DNA of 64,000 bases from Acidimicrobiales bacterium (GTDB lineage: Bacteria; Actinomycetota; Acidimicrobiia; Acidimicrobiales; Bog-793). The stretch covers positions 15,895 to 79,894 of the forward strand of contig JBOGHW010000059.1 of assembly GCA_050744865.1 (NCBI GenBank). Reading direction: 5' to 3'. Below the pieces are notes generated by a model, which did no database searches, was not told where the DNA came from, and saw only the letters and a program-made list of their open reading frames with translations. Below are positions 15,226 through 23,108 of this stretch, piece after piece (position 1 is the stretch's first letter; every line of letters starts with the position of its first letter). A program made the translations under genes and the position numbers.

Positions 15226-16629
15226 TCAAATCCGGTACCAGTCCGGGCCGATCGGCTTGACCAGACCCAGCTCCTCCAGGTGGTCGAGGCAGAGAGCCAC
15301 AGCTCCGAGGCCGAGGCTGGTGGCCTGGCAGACGAGCTCGACGGGTGTCGGCGTGTGCTCAACGGCCGCCAGCACGCTGCGCTCGTGAGGGCTGCACCGA
15401 GCCAGTAGGGCCTTGCGGGACTCGGCACGCGCTTGGCTCGGGCTCGCCCTCCTCCCCGCATACGAGGCATCGCCATCGCCTCGCTCGCCGAGCCGGCTGC
15501 CTTCGCCTCCCTCGCCGGCCCGGCTGCCCTCGCGACCTTGGCTGCCGGAGCCGCACACAACCCGCCCGGCGGTCTGTCCGCCAGCCATCTCGCGGGTCCG
15601 CTCGACGTCGAGGGCAACGAGCACGTCGTGGACGTCGAGAACAGCCCCTTTGCCTGCCTGGATGATGGCGTTGGTGCCTTCGGACTGCGGGCTCCGGATC
15701 GATCCGGGAACCGCCAGCACGGGCACTCCGATGGCGTCGGCGGCGTTCACGGTGTGCATGGCCCCGCCCTGGCGCGTGGACTCAACCACCACGAGCACAA
15801 GGCACAGGGCCGCTATCAGCCGGTTGCGCAAGGGGAAGCGCCATGGTTCCGGGGCCGCACCGGGCGGGGCGTCCGACATCAAACCGCCAGCGGCTACAAC
15901 CTCGGACCAGAGCTTGGCGTTGTCCCGCGGGTAGACGAAGTCCACGCCGCCGCCCACGACCGCCAACGGGCCGTGGGTACGAGGGCCAGGCGCCAACACC
16001 CCCCAGTGTGCTGCCGCGTCGATGCCTCTCGCCAAGCCGGACACGACCACTCCGCCGCCGGCGGCAACCTCTCGGGCGAGCTCGGAGGCCATCGAGGACC
16101 CGTACGGAGTTGCCTTCCGCGTACCGACGATCCCCACACAAGGGGCGTCAGCGTCGGCCAGAGACCCCTTGAAGTAAAGGACCTCTGGGGCAGTCTGGGC
16201 GCGCAGCAACCGGCGGGGATAGCCGTTGTCGCCGCGGCGGACGGCACCGATCCCGGCAGCCGTCAATGCCTGCAACGAGGCCGCCGGGTCGGCCTGACGA
16301 GCTTCGCCCGCCCAGGCTCTGAGCGTCGCCAGCACTCGGCCGCGGCGCTCCGAGGCCTCAGCCTCGGAACCCGAGCTGCCCCAGACGACCTCCGGTGGCA
16401 GGGCGGAGGGATCCCTGTCGCCTGCCTGCCGCCCGGGCCTGCGACCGAAGCTCGGGAGGTCGAGCAGCGGTCCGGCCAGCGAGTAGGAGCCTGCCAGCAG
16501 GTCGCGGTAGACGTCGGCAGCGACCCGATCGCGCAGGAGCCGGCTAAGGCGCACCGGGGTCATCTCGTCGAGCGAAGCCAGCAAGACGGCATAGGCGATG
16601 TCCGGGACGTCAGGATCGAAGCGGTTCAT
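15226..16629 (-). CDS. dprA: DNA-processing protein DprA (Smf) with Gly/Glu/Arg-rich insertion before C-terminal winged-helix
   Basis: CVGIVGTRKATPYG, VVSGLARGIDAAAH, FPLRNRLIAAL; ATG 16629 overlaps upstream stop (ATGA 16626..16629); ORF track start 16722 rejected. Confidence 0.9.
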   Translation of the reverse strand: MNRFDPDVPDIAYAVLLASLDEMTPVRLSRLLRDRVAADVYRDLLAGSYSLAGPLLDLPSFGRRPGRQAGDRDPSALPPEVVWGSSGSEAEASERRGRVLATLRAWAGEARQADPAASLQALTAAGIGAVRRGDNGYPRRLLRAQTAPEVLYFKGSLADADAPCVGIVGTRKATPYGSSMASELAREVAAGGGVVVSGLARGIDAAAHWGVLAPGPRTHGPLAVVGGGVDFVYPRDNAKLWSEVVAAGGLMSDAPPGAAPEPWRFPLRNRLIAALCLVLVVVESTRQGGAMHTVNAADAIGVPVLAVPGSIRSPQSEGTNAIIQAGKGAVLDVHDVLVALDVERTREMAGGQTAGRVVCGSGSQGREGSRAGEGGEGSRLGERGDGDASYAGRRASPSQARAESRKALLARCSPHERSVLAAVEHTPTPVELVCQATSLGLGAVALCLDHLEELGLVKPIGPDWYRI

Positions 16630-18191
16630 GCCGCACACCCCCTCGTGCCGAGAACGCCACGGCGTCCGGCACGAAGCTCGAGCGCAGCGGCAGCCGCTTC
16701 GGCCGTTACCGGGCCGTCGCACCCGCTCAGGTCAGACAGGGTCCTGGCGACTCGCCGCACGCGGTCGAGGCCACGGGCGGTGATCTCGCTGCGCTCGAGC
16801 CTGCGCAGGAGCAGGCTCTTGGCATCAGGCTGCAACGGGGCGATCTCCTCCAGCCGGTCGGCGGGAATGGCGGCATTGCACTTCACCCCGCGGGCCGACG
16901 CCAGGCTCCTCGCCGCGGCGACACGACCCGCCACTGTCTCGCTGCTCTCGCCGGTTCCGATGCCGAACAGCTCCTTGGTGCTGAGCCGGCTGACTGGCAC
17001 ATGCAGATCGAAGCGATCCAACAGCGGCCCGGACAACCGCCTTTTGTACCTGTCGATCTGGGCGGACGAGCACAGGCAGGGCGCATTCCCGCCGCCGTCC
17101 CCGCACGGGCAGGGATTCATGGCACCGACGAACAAGAACCTCGCGGGCAGCTCGACGGTGGCCCGCGCCCTGGCGACGCGGACGACGCCTTCCTCCAGCG
17201 GTTGTCGCAAGCAGTCGAGGACCGAGCCGGCGAACTCGGGCAACTCGTCGAGGAAGAGCACGCCGTTCGTCGCCAGGCTCACCTCGCCCGGCCGCAGCCA
17301 GGCCGAACCGCCGCCCAGGAGAGCGACGGCCGACGCCGTGTGATGAGGAGCCCGAAACGGTGCCTCCCCCGCCAATACCCTGCCTGGCAACGGCAGACCT
17401 GCAGCGGAGTAGATGCGGCAAGTCTCGATGATCGACTCCCGGTCGAGAGGCGGAAGGATCCCCGCCAGGCGCTCGACCAGCATTGTCTTTCCCGAGCCAG
17501 GCGGGCCAGAGAGGAGAAGGTGATGCCCTCCGGCGGCGGCCACCTCCAGCGCCCGCCGGCCGACTACCTGGCCACGAACGGAGGCGAGATCGAGGCTCGC
17601 CCGCCGCCGGTCGGTGTCCCCACCCCCCAGGTCACGCACGGTGCGGACCCCGGAGACGCCGGCGCCGCTTTCGTAACTTGGCCACGGCGCATGGCCCCGC
17701 AGGGCGTCGACCATCTCGCGCAACGTCCGGGCAGTGCGCACGGCGGGCCCGCCGACGAGGAGGGCCTCTTCGACGCTCTCCCAGGGAACGCCAACCACGG
17801 CTGTGCCTACGACGGACACGATGGGCAGTATCCCGGGCACTGGCCGAATGGCCCCGTCCAGGCCCAGCTCCCCGACGAAGCCGTGGTCTCGGACGGCCTC
17901 CGGGTCCAAGTCGGCCGTGGCCACGAGGACGCCGACAGCTATGGGTAGATCGAGCCCCGCACCGGCCTTGCGCACGCCCGACGGGGCAAGGTTGACGGTG
18001 ACCTTCCTCATGGGCCAGGTGAGCCCGCTCGACATGAGGGCGGCCCTTACCCTGTCGCGGGCCTCGCGGCAAGCGGTGTCCGGCAGCCCGACGATGGTAA
18101 AGCCGGGGAGGCCGTTGCTGACATGCACTTCCACGACGATGCTGCGGCCTTCCGCACCATGCAGAGTGGCTGAAGGAATGGCGGCGATCAC
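16626..18191 (-). CDS. comM: Mg-chelatase-like AAA ATPase (YifB/ComM family)
   Basis: 521 aa; N-terminal Lon-like VVEVHVSNGLPGFTIVGLPD, Walker A LLLSGPPGSGKTML, GVLFLDELPEF. Confidence 0.9.
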   Translation of the reverse strand: MIAAIPSATLHGAEGRSIVVEVHVSNGLPGFTIVGLPDTACREARDRVRAALMSSGLTWPMRKVTVNLAPSGVRKAGAGLDLPIAVGVLVATADLDPEAVRDHGFVGELGLDGAIRPVPGILPIVSVVGTAVVGVPWESVEEALLVGGPAVRTARTLREMVDALRGHAPWPSYESGAGVSGVRTVRDLGGGDTDRRRASLDLASVRGQVVGRRALEVAAAGGHHLLLSGPPGSGKTMLVERLAGILPPLDRESIIETCRIYSAAGLPLPGRVLAGEAPFRAPHHTASAVALLGGGSAWLRPGEVSLATNGVLFLDELPEFAGSVLDCLRQPLEEGVVRVARARATVELPARFLFVGAMNPCPCGDGGGNAPCLCSSAQIDRYKRRLSGPLLDRFDLHVPVSRLSTKELFGIGTGESSETVAGRVAAARSLASARGVKCNAAIPADRLEEIAPLQPDAKSLLLRRLERSEITARGLDRVRRVARTLSDLSGCDGPVTAEAAAAALELRAGRRGVLGTRGCAA

Positions 18192-18348
18192 GGACGACTC
18201 CCTCCGGTCCGGCTGGTTGTCTTGGAGGGCTGGCCGGCGGCGCCTCTACAGCGCTCCGCTCCTTGGCCGCTCGATCTACCTACAACCGTATTCAAGCGGT
18301 GTAACACTCAAAGCCCGCCTCTTGGCCGCGGGCAATAATCACGGGGCT

Positions 18349-18714
18349 ATGGGCCGCAAGCATCGACACTCCGACCACAGCGACGGACGCCGGCAGCGCG
18401 GGCGGGCGGCTCCATCCGGGCGGCCTGGGCGTGCAAGTCGGCGCGGCCGGCCCTGGCAAGCGGAGGGATCGGCCACTGCTTCACCCCCTCGCCGAGCCGT
18501 CGGGCTCGCGAAAGACCCGCTCACCGGTCAGATCGCCGAGATGCGTCGCCTGCAACCCTACGAAGCCCGCAAGCAGTACATCTGCCCAGGCTGCAACCAG
18601 GAGATACGACCGGGGACCGGGCACGTCGTCGTCGTCCCGCTGAGCGCGGCAGACCTGAGAAGGCACTGGCACGAGCCATGCCTGGACAAGGCGAGGCGGC
18701 ACGGCTTGGGCTGA
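18349..18714 (+). CDS. small Arg-rich protein with C-terminal zinc-ribbon-like motif
   Basis: C-terminal part of ORF 17734..18714 from ATG 18349; YICPGCNQEIRPGTGHVVV...RRHWHEPC; upstream part of the ORF is antisense to comM and rejected. Confidence 0.6.
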   Translation: MGRKHRHSDHSDGRRQRGRAAPSGRPGRASRRGRPWQAEGSATASPPRRAVGLAKDPLTGQIAEMRRLQPYEARKQYICPGCNQEIRPGTGHVVVVPLSAADLRRHWHEPCLDKARRHGLG

Positions 18715-18822
18715 GCGGCTCGCTGAGTGTGAGGCCGTGCTGAGCATGGCGGAGTCTTCTCGCCACAGCATCGGAGGAGCCGGGTGGCCACGGACCCCCG
18801 TTTCGGCATTACGATGTAAGCA

Positions 18823-19503
18823 GTGAACTCCAAGTTGGCTGCGATCCCCGCAGCGGCGGTCGGCCTCGGCGTAGTAACCGGCGGGCAGTGGGCGCTGGCT
18901 GTGGGTGTGGCGGCGTTGTGTTTCGTAGTGGGATATGTGCTCGCCCTGCAGAACCACAAGATCACTGGCAATTACCCCTGGCACATGCCACCGGTGTTCT
19001 GGGCGGTTCTCGGTGCGTTGCTCCCTGTGATCGGCTTCGTCGTCCAATCCGTCGCCTGCTTCACCACGGCGGGGCCGGGTCGTTCCCTGCGCATGCCCAG
19101 CTCAGAGCACAGAGCATCCCACCACGACGTCGTACAGCAGACCGACGCCCAGGTCACCCCCGGTTCCTGGGCACCGCCGTCTACGCAGGCGCCGGACGGT
19201 ACCTGGCCTCAAGGAAGCTGGCCTCCCGTGCCCTCGGGCCAACCGGGCGCACCGGTCTACCAGGGCGCCAACTGGCCGAGCCCACTCGGTCCTGAGGCCT
19301 TCCAGAAGCCCGGACCGGTCCCGCCGGGCGCTTGGCAACCGCCGATCGGACCAGTCGCTCCTGTCGATGCCCCTCCTCCCCTCTTCGGTTGGTACCCGGA
19401 TCCCACGAGTCGCCACGAGGAGCGCTACTGGGACGGTCGGCAGTGGTCGAGTCGTGTGGCGGACGGCGGAGTCCGTGCCGACGACCCAGAGGGCGCCGTC
19501 TAA
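18823..19503 (+). CDS. membrane protein with Pro-rich linker and C-terminal DUF2510-like domain
   Basis: 226 aa; two to three hydrophobic helices at N-terminus; C-terminal GWYPDPTSRHEERYWDGRQWS matches the DUF2510 motif. Confidence 0.7.
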   Translation: MNSKLAAIPAAAVGLGVVTGGQWALAVGVAALCFVVGYVLALQNHKITGNYPWHMPPVFWAVLGALLPVIGFVVQSVACFTTAGPGRSLRMPSSEHRASHHDVVQQTDAQVTPGSWAPPSTQAPDGTWPQGSWPPVPSGQPGAPVYQGANWPSPLGPEAFQKPGPVPPGAWQPPIGPVAPVDAPPPLFGWYPDPTSRHEERYWDGRQWSSRVADGGVRADDPEGAV

Positions 19504-19607
19504 ACCAACGCAGGGCGACGCCTGGCGGACAGTTCCACCCGATATCTAGGGATGAATGTCCCCGACCGGGTCGAGACTGAGCTGTCGGGACTGCCCGGCC
19601 AACCGAC

Positions 19608-19952
19608 TCAGAAAGCAGACTCGATGACGTCGACCTGCCGGCCGACTACGCAGGCGACATCGAAGCGCAGTTGTTTCGGCCGCTCGCTCGACGCACCCAG
19701 GTAGGCCACGGCGGCTCGGCGAACGCGGCGCTGCTTGGCCGGCGTGACAGCCTCGGCAGCAGTGCCGAAGCGGTCGTCGCGCCGTGTCTTCACCTCGCAG
19801 AACACGAGCAGTCCGCCTCGGCGCATCACGAGGTCGAGCTCGGCATCGCGGATCCGCCAGTTGCGGGCAACCACGTCGTAGCCCCGTGCCTCGTACCAGC
19901 GGGCAGCCAGAGCTTCGCCATGGGACCCAAGAGCCTGCCGGCCTGTCGGCAC
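19608..19952 (-). CDS. yraN: YraN family (UPF0102) endonuclease-like protein
   Basis: GEALAARWYEARGYDVVARNWR...ELDLVMRRGGLLVFCEVKTR; GTG start overlaps upstream stop by 1 nt. Confidence 0.85.
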   Translation of the reverse strand: MPTGRQALGSHGEALAARWYEARGYDVVARNWRIRDAELDLVMRRGGLLVFCEVKTRRDDRFGTAAEAVTPAKQRRVRRAAVAYLGASSERPKQLRFDVACVVGRQVDVIESAF

Positions 19953-20248
19953 TAGGCCTCCTTCTCGGGCAGCGCCTCCACGTTCACGTCCTTGTAGGTG
20001 ACGACCCTTACCGACGATGCGAAGCGGGCGGGGCGGTACATGTCCCAGACCCAGGCGTCGGCGAGCTCCACCTCGAAATATGTCGCACCGTCGCCTGCCC
20101 GGGGCGTGACCTTCACTTCATTTGCCAGATAGAAACGCCGCTCCGTCTCCACCACGAACCTGAACATGGGCAGGACCGCCCTGTACTCGTGGTAGAGGGC
20201 AAGCTCGACCTCAGCCTCGAACTTGTCGAGATCCTCCTCGGCGCTCAT
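19952..20248 (-). CDS. DUF2469 family protein
   Basis: 98 aa; LDKFEAEVELALYHEYRAVLPMFRFVVETERRFYLAN is the conserved actinobacterial DUF2469 pattern. Confidence 0.85.
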   Translation of the reverse strand: MSAEEDLDKFEAEVELALYHEYRAVLPMFRFVVETERRFYLANEVKVTPRAGDGATYFEVELADAWVWDMYRPARFASSVRVVTYKDVNVEALPEKEA

Positions 20249-20269
20249 CGCCAGCCGACCGCAGGCTCT

Positions 20270-20620
20270 CTAGCGGGCGTCGCGCTTCTCTTTGATCTTT
20301 GCGGCCTTCCCGATCCTGTCGCGCAGGTAGTAGAGCTTGGCCCGGCGAACGTCGCCTTGGGTCACGCGCTCGATCTTCTGGTACATCGGTGAGTGGACTG
20401 GGAAGGTCCTCTCGACGCCGACGCCGAAGCTCACCTTGCGAACCGTGAAGGTCTCCCGCACGCCCGAGCCCTGGCGGCGGATCACGGCGCCCTGGAACAC
20501 CTGGATGCGCTCGCGGTTGCCCTCGACGACCCGCACGTGGACCTTCAGCGTGTCCCCTGGCTGGAAGTCGGGGACGTCGTCGCGCAGGCTCCCGCGGTCT
20601 ACGAGATCAGTCGGGTTCAT
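20270..20620 (-). CDS. rplS: 50S ribosomal protein L19
   Basis: [35 protein letters not shown]...RRAKLYYLR. Confidence 0.95.
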   Translation of the reverse strand: MNPTDLVDRGSLRDDVPDFQPGDTLKVHVRVVEGNRERIQVFQGAVIRRQGSGVRETFTVRKVSFGVGVERTFPVHSPMYQKIERVTQGDVRRAKLYYLRDRIGKAAKIKEKRDAR

Positions 20621-20793
20621 GACAAGTCACGCTCCTGTGCGTCAGCGAAGGTCGTCTCGGCGCCGAAGTCCCCGGCGACCGGATAGCGGCCCGGGACCCG
20701 CGTCCGATCGGTGGCGGGTTCCTGGCCCGACCAGGATAGCCGCCTGCCGACCTGCCTGTAACCGGCGCCGACCAGGGTCGCGGAAGACGAGTC

Positions 20794-21615
20794 TCAGCCC
20801 TGGTTATCGACCCAGTCCGGCACTTCCACCCCGAACTCGGCGGCTGCGCTGCGCTCGGCGAGGGACAGACCGCCTCGGGCAACGATGAGGTCCGGGCGGC
20901 GCTCCAGAGTCCGCCGTATCGCCTCGGCCAGGCGCCAACGCCCGACGCGGCCGTGGTCTCCGCTCCGCAACACCTCGGGTACTGCCCACGACTTGTACCG
21001 GGCCGGCCTCGTGTACTGGGGATACTCGAGCAAGCCGTCTGCAAAGCTCTCATCCGAGGCCGAAGTCTCGTTGCCGAGAACGCCCGGCACGAGTCGAGCG
21101 ACGGCCTCGACGATCAGCAGAGCGCCGAGCTCGCCGCCCGCCAGCACGAAGTCTCCGACGGACACCTCGCCGTCGACGAGATGATCGGCTATCCGCTGGT
21201 CGACGCCTTCGTAGCGGCCGCAAAGGAGGCTGAAGGCGGCCGGTCCCTGCACGGTGGCCGACGGCGCCAGCTCCTCGGCCATCGACTGGTCGAAGCGGCG
21301 CCCACCAGGCGACAGCAGGAGCAACGGTCTTGGCGGGTCGAACATCTGGACCGCCCCGAATACCGGCTCGGGAGCCAGCACCATGCCTGGCCCGCCACCG
21401 AATGGAGCGTCGTCGACCGACCGGTGCGGGTCCTGGGCTGCCGACCTCAGGTCCCGGATCTGCAGGTCGAGGACACCGTCGCGCCGGGCGCGCCCTACGA
21501 CGCTCGCTTGGCAATAGGCGTCTATCACGTCCGGAAAGATGGTGAAGATGTCGATCCGCAACAGCGCTGGGGAACCAGGCGCCGCGGAACCAGGCGCTGA
21601 GCCGTCCTGGCTCAA
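20794..21615 (-). CDS. trmD: tRNA (guanine37-N1)-methyltransferase
   Basis: RIDIFTIFPDV, DDAPFGGGPGMVL; TTG 21615 overlaps rimM stop (TTGA); alternative TTG at 21561 giving MRIDIF is equally plausible. Confidence 0.9.
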   Translation of the reverse strand: MSQDGSAPGSAAPGSPALLRIDIFTIFPDVIDAYCQASVVGRARRDGVLDLQIRDLRSAAQDPHRSVDDAPFGGGPGMVLAPEPVFGAVQMFDPPRPLLLLSPGGRRFDQSMAEELAPSATVQGPAAFSLLCGRYEGVDQRIADHLVDGEVSVGDFVLAGGELGALLIVEAVARLVPGVLGNETSASDESFADGLLEYPQYTRPARYKSWAVPEVLRSGDHGRVGRWRLAEAIRRTLERRPDLIVARGGLSLAERSAAAEFGVEVPDWVDNQG

Positions 21616-22106
21616 TCGAACAGCCCCGGCGGCCCGTCCACGACGACACGACCGGTGAGGTGCTCAACGACGAAGCACAGCGGCACCAGCCAGCCCGCCT
21701 CGCCCACCAGCAGGTCGCTGGCCGGATTGGCCTCGACGGCCGAGACCAGCCCGTGCGACGTCCCGGCCAGGTCGAAGACTTCCGACCCGATGAGTTCGTG
21801 GACGAACAGGGCGCCGGGGTCCTCGAGGTGCTCGGCGAGCAGGTCAGCACCACGGAGAGCCTCGGCGGCCTCCCGGGACGCGACCCCCTCGAACCGGACA
21901 AGGTGGCGATGTTGGAAGGGCCTGGCGCTCGTTACGACGAGTTGGCGCCGTTCCTCGGTGCTGCCGGCCAGCACGGCGACCAACTGATCGCCGGCTCGGA
22001 GGCGCCCCGGCATGTTCGACACCAGGGACACGACGGTCTCGCCACTGAGGCCGTGGGCCTTGACTACGCGGCCGATCTCCAGCATGGAGCTCTCCGCTGG
22101 GCTCAT
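21612..22106 (-). CDS. rimM: 16S rRNA processing protein RimM
   Basis: LEIGRVVKAHGLSGE and PRC-barrel-like C-terminus; conserved position between KH protein and trmD. Confidence 0.85.
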   Translation of the reverse strand: MSPAESSMLEIGRVVKAHGLSGETVVSLVSNMPGRLRAGDQLVAVLAGSTEERRQLVVTSARPFQHRHLVRFEGVASREAAEALRGADLLAEHLEDPGALFVHELIGSEVFDLAGTSHGLVSAVEANPASDLLVGEAGWLVPLCFVVEHLTGRVVVDGPPGLFD

Positions 22107-22115
22107 AGGCCCACC

Positions 22116-22697
22116 TCAGTCAACGATGTCGACAGACGCCTCGACGCCGTCGCCGGCGGCCGCCGCCCGAACGAGCGTCCGGATTGCCTGAGCAGTGCGA
22201 CCCCGGCGTCCGATGATGCGCCCCATGTCTGACTGTGCGACATGCACCGAGAAACGCAGCCCCGACCGTCCCTCACTCACTTCCACCACGACGGACTCCG
22301 GGTCGTCGACGAGCATCCTGGTCACGTGCTCCAGGACGGCCTTGGCGGCACCGCCGACAAGGCGGTTCTCACCCCTGGCATTGCCCTCGTCGACATCGTC
22401 GTCGTCATCAGCATCGTCGTCGTCGTCATCAGCATCGTCGCCGTCATCGTCAGCGTCGTCATCAGCGTCATCGCCGTCAGCGTCGTCGTCAGCGTCGTCG
22501 TCGTCAGCGTCAGCGTCAGCGTCGTCCTCGTCAGCCGCACCTCCACCCAGGTCGCCGTAACCGCTGTCTCGAGGGGATTCGCCGGCGTCTGCCTGTTGGG
22601 CCGGGCCGTAGCCCTCACCGGCGTCTGGCCTGTCGTCGTCGAACTCGCCCTGGTCCTCGCTGGCGGTGTCGGCGTCGAATTTCGGCTCTTCGAACAT
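22116..22697 (-). CDS. KH-domain RNA-binding protein (YlqC/UPF0109-like) with ~115-aa poly-acidic N-terminal extension
   Basis: C-terminal VLEHVTRMLVDDPESVVVEV...MGRIIGRRGRTAQAIRTL (GxxG KH motif); ORF track start 22862 overlaps rpsP, so ATG 22697 (MFEEPKFD) chosen, 11 nt after rpsP stop. Confidence 0.8.
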   Translation of the reverse strand: MFEEPKFDADTASEDQGEFDDDRPDAGEGYGPAQQADAGESPRDSGYGDLGGGAADEDDADADADDDDADDDADGDDADDDADDDGDDADDDDDDADDDDDVDEGNARGENRLVGGAAKAVLEHVTRMLVDDPESVVVEVSEGRSGLRFSVHVAQSDMGRIIGRRGRTAQAIRTLVRAAAAGDGVEASVDIVD

Positions 22698-22710
22698 CGA
22701 GCTCACGGTC

Positions 22711-23049
22711 TCACGCCCCGGCCTTGGACGTTGCCGGCTTCTTGGCAGCAGCTCGCGATGGCCGAGGCTTCTCGGCCTTCTTGGCCGGCTTGCTCGCCTC
22801 GAACTCGCTCCAGACGCCGGAGATCTTGAGGAGCTTCTCGACTGTCTCGGTGGGCTGGGCACCCTTGGACAGCCAGTCGAGCACCTTGTCGTTCTTCACC
22901 GTCACGATCGAGGGGTCGGCACGAGGCTGATAGGTGCCGACGATCTCGATGAACCGCCCGTCGCGCGGGGACCGGCTGTCGGCCGCCACTATCCGGTATG
23001 TGGGCTGCTTCTTCTTTCCTACGCGCATGAGGCGCAACTTGACGGACAT
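22711..23049 (-). CDS. rpsP: 30S ribosomal protein S16
   Basis: MSVKLRLMRVGKKKQPTYRIVAADSRSPRDGRFIE. Confidence 0.95.
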   Translation of the reverse strand: MSVKLRLMRVGKKKQPTYRIVAADSRSPRDGRFIEIVGTYQPRADPSIVTVKNDKVLDWLSKGAQPTETVEKLLKISGVWSEFEASKPAKKAEKPRPSRAAAKKPATSKAGA

Positions 23050-23108
23050 GCTGTTGTCTTCCTTCTCTCTGGTCGAATTTCAGGACCGGGTGTCCCCGGC
23101 TCGAGCAC

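Noticed and set aside
15433-17343. 636-aa plus-strand ORF, the longest unassigned ORF in this part of the track
   Set aside because: It is entirely antisense to dprA and comM, which have clear family motifs. Its translation is Arg/Pro/Gly/Ala-rich with no motif, which is the typical stop-free shadow frame of GC-rich DNA.
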